Assembly (NCBI GenBank): GCA_964035545.1
Contig: OZ037771.1
Location: 2,863,628 to 2,927,627 of the forward strand
Reading direction: 5' to 3'
Source: Bugula neritina
Taxonomy: Eukaryota > Animalia > Bryozoa
Length of the DNA stretch: 64,000 nt
A program made the position numbers and the translations under genes. Below the pieces are notes generated by a model. It was not told the origin of the DNA, ran no database searches, and saw nothing but the letters and a program-made list of their open reading frames with translations. Of this stretch, positions 45,201 to 64,000 are shown piece by piece (the stretch's first letter is position 1; every line of letters begins with the position of its first letter).

Positions 45201-46214
45201 ATAATTCATGGAACTTGTAAAACAGAAAACTATGGAATACTTTCACATTACAATCGAAAAAATGTAATTGAAAATTAAAAGCTCGACCTATATAGGATGC
45301 AAAACATGTGTAAGTTGATCATTAGTCAGTCAAGGTCAAATCGTGAGGCTACTGCGGATGTTCTGTTTTAGAGTCAAGTTTTAATAAAACGGCTTGCATA
45401 AATTTTGGCATGCAGTTTTCTTCCAACAAATAACAAAGTACTTTAGAAATTTCCACGTTGAATAATACCACTATTGCATGCATTAATTTTGAAGCCCAAT
45501 GTGCTAATATACTACATTTTTCGAAATCAAAACAAACAAACAAACAAAATAAACAAAACACAATTAGATTTTTCTTTAAGTTTATAAGGTCCTTAACTAG
45601 TGAAGGGTCTAACAAAGATCAATCTTTTTTACCAATGCCCTTCTTGGCCTGAGTCGCACGAAGTTAGGCTAAACATTTTATTACTAGCATTGCTATTAAT
45701 ATCAGCATTTGAAATTTAGGCTACTACTTTACTATTGCTATTAGTCAAACTTAATGTTATTACTTATACTTATAGTTTAGATTATACTTATTAATATATT
45801 TATATTAATATTATTTCAATTTATAATTATATTTTAATTAAATTTATTATGACTGTATTGAATATTGATATCCATATGACAAAATTACAATAATGCTATC
45901 ACTAGCACAATCACCATAATAAAAAATAAGGGTAGTTATAAGAATAGAGTAATTAACTTTAACATTTTGAGTTGATCTTCTGATCTTCAAGTTCATGTTC
46001 ATCTTGAACTTGAAGACCATATTCAATTTCATATTGATTTGATAGTACATATTTGCGATTATGTCAATGAACTATTGCATTTTATTTTATTTTTCATACC
46101 AGCAATTTTTTCTGGACCTTGAAAAAATTCATCAGGATGGATATATCCTAGCAATGGCTGGAAAACCAAATAAAATCTAAAGGAAAGAAACAAAATATAA
46201 ACTTTTTTCCACAT
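36265..46214 (-). CDS. PIGZ: GPI mannosyltransferase 4 (Smp3/PIG-Z, GT22 family), ~750 aa
   Basis: 13 phase-consistent exons: 46214-46100, 45159-44944, 44563-44051, 43825-43687, 43589-43448, 43259-43057, 42564-42434, 42349-42265, 38573-38452, 38309-38167, 37701-37550, 36783-36719, 36491-36265. Motifs [87 protein letters not shown]. Confidence 0.95.
36485..36610. repeat. ~18-19-bp repeat spanning the last PIGZ acceptor
   Basis: ATGGAATCTATAAATAGCAT at 36485 and 36522, plus diverged copies. Confidence 0.8.
37696..37950. repeat. 16-bp minisatellite (GTGTATCTACAGGTAA)n spanning the PIGZ exon 11 acceptor
   Basis: Five near-perfect units at 37696, 37712, 37728, 37744 and 37760, then degenerate copies. 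Confidence 0.92.
38817..39196. mobile_element. 380-bp non-autonomous PIF/Harbinger (Tourist-like) MITE
   Basis: Imperfect terminal inverted repeats of ~38 bp (AGGCCTGGCCACACGATCGTGAGAATCACACGAAATCGT vs. the reverse complement of ACGATTTCGTGTGATTCTCACTGATGGTGAGGCCAGGCCT). Flanked by a TTA direct repeat at 38814-38816 and 39197-39199. A 3-bp TWA target-site duplication is typical of PIF/Harbinger. No ORF. Confidence 0.88.
39980..39985 (-). terminator. Candidate MRI1 polyadenylation signal (AATAAA)
   Basis: TTTATT on the plus strand, about 130 nt downstream of the MRI1 stop codon. Confidence 0.45.
40115..41170 (-). CDS. MRI1: Methylthioribose-1-phosphate isomerase (methionine salvage), 351 aa, intronless, nested in PIGZ intron 8
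   Basis: Uninterrupted ORF with [79 protein letters not shown] and NPAFDVTP. Confidence 0.98.
   Translation of the reverse strand: [351 protein letters not shown]
41186..41249 (-). promoter_or_regulatory. Putative MRI1 core promoter: two TCAGTT initiator-like motifs and a palindromic E-box
   Basis: Minus-strand TCAGTT at 41205-41200 and 41212-41207, about 30-40 nt upstream of the ATG. Perfect palindrome AAGCACGTGCTT at 41238-41249. 9-bp inverted repeat TGAAGCACT/AGTGCTTCA at 41186-41194 and 41212-41220. Confidence 0.5.
42085..42150. repeat. (GT)n microsatellite
   Basis: Direct inspection. Confidence 0.92.
42770..43050. repeat. 21-bp minisatellite (GTGTATTACAACAGTTGTGA[A/G]) abutting the PIGZ exon 6 donor
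   Basis: About 13 units, best conserved next to the donor at 43056. Confidence 0.9.
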
Positions 46215-46949
46215 GACCTTGACATAAATTAGGAAATTATAAATCTGTGACTGCAAGTAACTATACACTTTTGTAAACTTAAAACAACTATTTAAAATAG
46301 TTTTGCATGTTTACATTTGTTTAAACCTTTTTTTAATTTTTTTCAAGAAGTTATAAAATAATTTTCTACTAAAATAATTTATATAAAACGCGAAACCGAA
46401 GGATGAAAAGTAGCAATTACATAACAACTATAATTTCAAATTATAGAGTTATTTTCTCTCGTTAGTCTATAACGACAAATGTGCTATTTTCAATTAATGT
46501 TGAATAATCGAATTTGGGTGAGTTATAGCCGACTGCTTTTATTGGATAAATTAGCTAATATAAGAAAACGAATTTTTTTTCGTTACGATGTCGCTGTAAA
46601 CCTCTGCAAAATATTCTAAAAATCTCAGTCTATAGTTCCTGAATATAAATTTACATTTAAATTTGTTAGTAGTAGTACTACTAGTACTACTACTAGCAAG
46701 ACTAGTACGCCAATAAAACAAAACTAATTGTAAAGCTATCTATTTGCAAGTACTAATAAATTTTAAATTAATACCATATAGTATATACGTTTAAAGTATT
46801 TAGCTGACATTTCATTAATCGACACACTCACGACAGGCAGCAGCTTTATAATTATTAATATAATTCAAGTTTAAATTAGTTAATTACCTTTATAAATATA
46901 TTTAATCTTAAACTTTAAGTTTAAGTGATAATCATAATGCACTCACGAC

Positions 46950-47140
46950 TCAGACTGTCATTGTCAGTCAGTGTCACTGTGACTGCCGGTGGCACAGTGT
47001 GAGTGTGAATGTCAGTGTGAGTGGTCCTGTGACACAGACTAAAACTGAAACTGTGTCTGTCACAGTCACTGTCAGTGTGAGTGTCACAGTGTAAGTGACT
47101 CAAACTGTCTGCACGAGTGTGAATCAAACTGACAATCAGT
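46950..47140. repeat. Degenerate (GTCAGT/GTGAGT)n hexamer satellite
   Basis: Direct inspection. Confidence 0.65.
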
Positions 47141-49419
47141 GTTGCTGTTAAGGTATGGATCATAATATAATGTACACTTGCTGATTTAAAATTAGAGCTA
47201 GTTAATAAATACTGTTGAACTTAAATTTAATTATAATGATAATCATAATGATTTACACTGACCCTTGGTCTTTGTCTTACACGGTTATAGTTAGATTTGG
47301 ATAGTAGGTTTGTGTGACTATAATATCAGTATTACTGTCAGTATCACTCACTACTCTCAGTGTCAGTGTTACACTTTAAGTTTTTATTTATCTTATAGTT
47401 ATATTAAATGTAATCAAGTTCAACATATAGTTGTGGTGACTCAGACTACTATTACTTGTTATTGTGAAACTAGGTTGGTAGAAATACTGGTAAAAGTGGA
47501 TGCAATAAAATATATTACCTATTGAGTTTTTTTGCCACTATTACATTAATTATAATACTATTAGTATGCTAATAAATATCTATATAATATGACATTAAAT
47601 ATTATTTCATATATATCTATTAAGATATTATGTGTAGTAATAGTAATACTAATGGTAATACTGATAGCTTACTAAGGATTAGTTTTGAAATAACCAACAG
47701 AAACAGTGCTCGTAAATGGGAAAAGTAATGCTAGTAGTAGTAGTAGTTCTAGTTCTAGTATTGGACTCGTAACTGGCAATTTAAAACTAAGTCAATAGAT
47801 TTGTAGTCCTTAGAAGTTGTTCAACGATTAAAGTTTAGTTATTGCTCACCCAAAGTCAATTTGACTATACAAACCATAAAGTGCTACTCATAATGATAGT
47901 TATACCTCTATTTATATGTCTACTGTTGCCAAGCGTTGTTCATTACAAATTAACTGTGGAATTCTTGGATGTGTGTATTGCTAAGTTGACGGTAAATTAT
48001 GCAAATGTGTGCCTCTGTTTACAATGTTAACTAATTCATATAAGATATTAGCTCCAAAGTGCCTTGAGAATAAAAGTGTTGAAGCTGGGCTAGGAATTTG
48101 TAAAGCTGCGCATACTATATTTGTGAGTTGATTGACCCATTCTCAATAACATTCCGGTGGCTGTTCTAGTTCATTGACCTTATTCAACCATAATAAATAT
48201 ATTCCATTAATATTTCTATGATTTAGAATAATGAAGTGTAAGTTAGATATCACATTGTTTATGGCCAAAACTCTCTGTGCCTATATTAGCTGGATTTGGG
48301 TTTTGATTAAAGGTTCTTACCTTGATTAGTTTTTTCATTTTGATTTAAAAATAAAAAGGTGTAAATTGATGTATTTTTGATTGAAGAATGAAGAATAAAT
48401 AAAGAAATGGTCAATGCCTAGTGACCTGATAATGGTGTGTCTCTCACAGCTCTGAGTATATTGTACTACTAGTATTATGCTGAAAAGTACCAAGACAATA
48501 ACCTATGCAGTGTTTTAATAAGTTCACATTTATAAATATAATTTAGCTGATATATCTAGCAAATTACTAAATATCCCACTGTAACTAATCATCCAACTGA
48601 AAACTGCTTTGAACATAATTTACTAGCAATTCATTATATTATATATTATATCTATAATGAGTTCAAGTTTCTTTAAAATGATGATTTGCAATAAACCATT
48701 GTTAAACTTGGTTGATAAATTGCCAAAAGCTATAGCTATAGTTACAGTGTGTTTAGAACTGTAGTGTATATATGTATGTGTATCTACAACTGCATTGTAT
48801 GTATACCATAGGCTGGTAAAATCTGCTACTGATGAGTAGGATTTTGAGTAGTTTTCGCTCCCTGCAAGCTGTTTGATAAGGAAATTGAAGCAATTAAATC
48901 TGTTGATTTACATTGCAGATAATGAGGATATCAGGGTGACACTCGCACCAGATGAAAGTCAACTTTGGACACTGACTAACAAACTTATATTTGTACAAGT
49001 TTAACACACCAGCAATATCTATGGTATTTACCATTCTATCTCTACATGTCCAATGTGTTACCAACTACAGTGACTTTTCATTTTTTCATTATTTATATGA
49101 CAGTTTGGAGTAATGTGCCAGACTCTACTCTGTAGCTTGTTGACCCCCTTTACCCCCCCCTTCACACTCGTCTATGCCTGTTATTTGTTGCCTCCAAACT
49201 GTGGAGTTTAGTATCTCGTTTTATGGCCAGTTTGATGTGAGCGAAAGCTTCTGTTTGCCTCAACCTTTGATACCTTCAATCTAGGGTCTTGTAGAATATG
49301 CTAGACTAGGCGTTAAGGTCACTTGTAGCTGTCAACTCTTCTCAACTCTTCTAATCACTGTCATCTAGTAGTTCCCTGTTGGCTCAAAGTCATGACAGTA
49401 TCCTACGCCAGTTACATAC

Positions 49420-49530
49420 ATGCCAACCGCCCTGGTCATATGTCTACCACCCTGGCCTCATGTCTACCATCCTAGCCGTATATCAACCACCCTGGCCTCA
49501 TGTCTACCACCCTAGCCGTATGTCAACCGC
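49420..49530. repeat. ~20-bp repeat (ATGTCTACCACCCTGGCCTC)
   Basis: About 5 diverged copies. Confidence 0.8.
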
Positions 49531-50469
49531 CTTGCAATGCTCAGTTTCTGACTCATGGTATAGGAATGCTGTCTTGCTCACCCACTACCATCTAAATTCC
49601 AAACAGTTTTGATATGTTTAATGAACTGGTCAGAATTCTTGGCTGTCATTGACTGCTAGTCTAATATTGAACTCCATATACTCTATGCACTAGTAGGCTG
49701 GAATTAGACCGAGCAACTTCATGTGTATTCATTGCACAATTACTGTTATTCATACATGTTTATTTATTTTCAACTATATTCTATTTTTGGGCCAATAGCT
49801 TTAGTTTAACTGTGTCGAAATTCCAACTACCATATCACCATAACTAGTTTTCTCTTCATGAGTTCACATCAATAGTCACTTATGTTCTATGGAGTTCTAG
49901 TTGGTAAATGCTGAGTGGGCATCATTCAACCGAGTCCAGTGAAGGAAGCCGTTCACGCCCACCTTGAGTCAGTCTGAATCATCTTGAGTTCTCACAATAG
50001 ACCTCTCAACATCATCAATTCTCCTGTGAATAATGAGATTGTAGCACCACCTGGTCATTTGCATACATTCATTTATTCTGAATTGGTGAGCTGTAACACT
50101 GTCTTTTAAAATCACTCTTTTCAATTTCATCTCCAACCCATCTGCTATCAACTAATATGTAGCTTTACATTCACAATGGCTGTACTATACAGCAGTGTGG
50201 TGTTATGCTCACATAATACCAAGCAGTCTAATATTTCTATTGTCTGTATTAGTTATGCCACAATCTTATCACCATATCAACACTAACCAATACACGGCTA
50301 ATGGTAAAATCTCAGTGCTGAAAATAGCTGTAATAAAAAACAGGAAGTCTTGGGATAAGTCATAATAGTGGGCTGGACTGCAAGTATGTGAAAAAATTGA
50401 TTATTTGCAGTTACACTCTAGTACCAGGCTTTTAATTACTTACTGTCTACTGCATGGGATATTATGACA

Positions 50470-50660
50470 TCACTTCTCAGTAATACAACAATGATATGAT
50501 TATATAATAATATGATAATATAGTAATAGGATAATATAGTAATAGGATAATATAATAATAGGATAATATAGTCATAGGAATTATATAGTAATGGGATAAT
50601 ATAGTCACGGGAATTATATAGTAATATAGTATAGTAATATGACAATATAATAATATATGC
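50470..50660. repeat. ATA-rich low-complexity satellite
   Basis: Repeated ATAATATAGTAATAGG. Confidence 0.8.
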
Positions 50661-50988
50661 ATGTTTCAACTGGAGTAAGCTATAAGTGGTGAATGCATCT
50701 TCACCATAATCATGTCAGTTAGAGCTCTTCAACTGTTGGAATGTTAATAGTCTGTACAACCATATCCTTATCTGATAAGATTTATATGCAGTCATTGAGA
50801 GCTTCTAACTTGCAATACACACTCTATTTCCTCCATATCACCACCTCTACTCTACTCACTGTTGCAGTGCTACTATATGATTGTATGTTGAAGAGTTGAA
50901 CACCCTGTAAGTGCCATTTTCACTCCTTTTAGTATAAAGATAAGTGAATCTGGCAGGTCGTTAGGTGGTGTAAGGAGTCGTTTGCTCC

Positions 50989-51059
50989 AAGTATAACTTG
51001 GGGATAACAAGTATAACTTGGGGATAACAAGTATAACTTGGGGATAACAAGTATAACTT
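50989..51059. repeat. Perfect 20-bp tandem repeat (AAGTATAACTTGGGGATAAC) x3.5
   Basis: Units at 50989, 51009 and 51029, partial at 51049. Confidence 0.95.
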
Positions 51060-51950
51060 AGAGCAAAATTTGCACATGTCTTCAATAACTGTAACGCTTG
51101 TTTATTTCTTTTAGCACTTGAGAATATGAATGGTTGGGGTAGTTCTAACACCGCCTCATCTTACTGGTCATATATTCAGGTACCCAGTCTACAAACTGGC
51201 TCCTCCTTTCAAATAAGCTTTAAAAGCATGCTATCCAACCCCCAACCAGCTGTATGCATTACACAAGATGCTCAGTCTATGTAATGTCCCAATTCTCAAC
51301 TAGCCCAAGTTCTTAACAGTCAAATCACTGAATCCAATATAATATTCCTATGCTTTGCATTATCAGAATAATATTGTATTGGCTATTGCCCAGTTGATCT
51401 CCTATCCTCAGTCTATTTCCTACTTCCACTCTTCGTCTTCAATGTTTTCTTTTTACTCATCTAATATACATTTGTAAGAAGCATGTTAGAGGTCATATAA
51501 AGGTCAACTGGTGTCTGAAACAATATCGAGGTTGCAATCCTTCAAGCTGTTGACTGCATTTGTGTGTCCACTGCCCATTCCATGTAAGCATCATAATAAG
51601 TATATAGGAAGTTTAGGGTCTACTAATGTCAGTGACCTTTAAATGTATTCAAACTCAGATAAATAGATGTTTCATTACAGAACTCTATTCATTTCATGAC
51701 AGACATTCTAGTTAGTGATCAGCAACTTATATACTCAATTAATTGTGTAGAAATGAATGATTAAATAGTGACTAGTATAAAACTAGCATATGTTTTAAGT
51801 CTCCATCCCTATAATAGTCCCTGGTGACAAGGGTGTTTAACCAGGCTAAGGATTTTGCCTCTCACTATGCTGGCAGCATGGTGTGAGTGCAATTACTGTG
51901 ACACACAAGTAATTATGATTGGATGCTTTTTCTGACTCCACCAATATATC

Positions 51951-52021
51951 TTTGCCGGGATTCCAACCCGAATCTGCCACATTTGTGCTGTAATAGGCTC
52001 TAACTATTAGCTCACAGCTGC
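51951..52021 (-). mobile_element. Degenerate tRNA-derived SINE head
   Basis: Minus strand reads GCAGCTGTGAGCTAATAGTTAGAGC (A-box-like) ... GGGTTGGAATCCCGGC (B-box-like, one change from GGTTCGAATCC) at tRNA-like spacing. No intact cloverleaf was seen. Confidence 0.35.
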
Positions 52022-53105
52022 TCTTAAAGTAGTAGCTCATAGTTGTATGGTAAAGTTAAAGTGGACATTTAATAGTTGGCTACTGCTATGTCTTATTGTT
52101 AGTATTTATTTCATTTAGCTGTTTTGATTGATGTCTGGGTTATTCACTAATTGAAATTGAGTTGCAAGTCATATTTCTTCATCAACTTTAGAAAGAAAAT
52201 TGAGTAATATTAGTATTATTTCATCACAGATTTTGGTTAGTTTTGAATTTAGATTTGCCTTCTCAATCTTAGCTGACTGCTCATGCTATGCACCAACCAC
52301 CATCTCTTCGAGTTAGTTGCTGCCTTTTAGGAGTTGTCTACTATCTGTGCCTTGTCTTCACATATCCTGTACCTCACAACCTCTGTGAGATAGTAAAGTT
52401 CACTCATCATAATGACATAGTTTTGTGTATAATAAACTGTAGCTGCAGGTTATGACTTGGTTGTCTTTCAGTCTCTTAATCTGACACAGTTTATTCTTTT
52501 AGCTCATATAACAAAACTTATAGCTGGAAAATTCCTTCTGTACTACTATTAGGAATTTCACTTCAGTGTATTTTCAAAGACTTATCAGATATAATCTTTA
52601 GTCCTGTATTTTAATTGTTTCTATTCACTAAAATTTCGGAACATTGAACACTTATTTTTACCCCATAAAATTTTCAAAAGCCACAATATTTCAAACGCTT
52701 TCTATACTATATTGTTATATTCTTGTATAAGCTGTTGTCACTCTATTGGCAACATAAATATATCCCTTTCTAACTTTCTTCAAGACGGTTCTTTGGTTTT
52801 GAAACTGGTACAACCTCAGCATTGTGATGGCTGTGGGCACACCAACCTCTCTTTATGATATTTTCTCTGTCTCACTAAGTAACAATGTCTCTAACAACCC
52901 CAGCATACTAGCTAACCTTGCTCTGTGTACATATATTATATGTACTGGTGTGGTTCCCAGGGGTAGTGGATAATGTTATTTACTGCGTTGCCATTTGTGT
53001 AACTATTATTGCCCAGTCCTAGCTGGATGAATTTAACTGAAGTATTGCATGCATGTTTGCCATTGAGCTTTTATGTTTTACTTATTTTATTTGCTAGTTT
53101 TAAGC

Positions 53106-63781
<10,676 letters not shown>

Positions 63782-64000
63782 GTAAATATATTTGGTATTT
63801 CTCCTTTAGACTGTCTGCATACTGTCTCTAGACCATCTCTAGACCATATTTATCTTACCTGTAGATTCTCTATAGACTAAACGTAGAATGATTATAGACC
63901 GTCTTTAGACCATTTCTACCTTGATGTCCCCCTTGTTGTAGACTGGCAATAGACTCATCTTCATGATGACAATTAACAAATTGTGTACTCTCTATAGATC

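Overview
Eukaryotic (metazoan, AT-rich, GT-AG intron-rich) genomic DNA. The compact, intron-rich layout suggests an invertebrate, but the taxon cannot be fixed from the sequence. Seven protein-coding genes were reconstructed by hand with phase-consistent splice junctions: an INF2-type formin (-, runs off the left edge), DPH3 (+), PCCB (-), a glycogen-targeting PP1 regulatory subunit of the PPP1R3 family (+), PIGZ (-, 13 exons), an intronless MRI1 nested on the same strand inside PIGZ intron 8, and a Diaphanous formin (+, runs off the right edge). A 380-bp PIF/Harbinger-type MITE, a weaker mariner/pogo-like MITE, a degenerate tRNA-like SINE head and many intronic minisatellites are also present. 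No prokaryote-type system (CRISPR, operon, prophage) is supported. The most unusual signals are: (1) the same-strand nested, intronless MRI1 with its own promoter-like and poly(A) signals; (2) tandem repeats that sit on or copy splice junctions, including an in-frame 12-nt ladder of donor sites in Diaphanous; (3) an INF2 that seems to have lost the N-terminal part of its DID and starts at a normally internal Met. All gene models are manual and lack transcript support. Family assignments and comparisons with human proteins rest on motifs recalled from memory, not on database searches.
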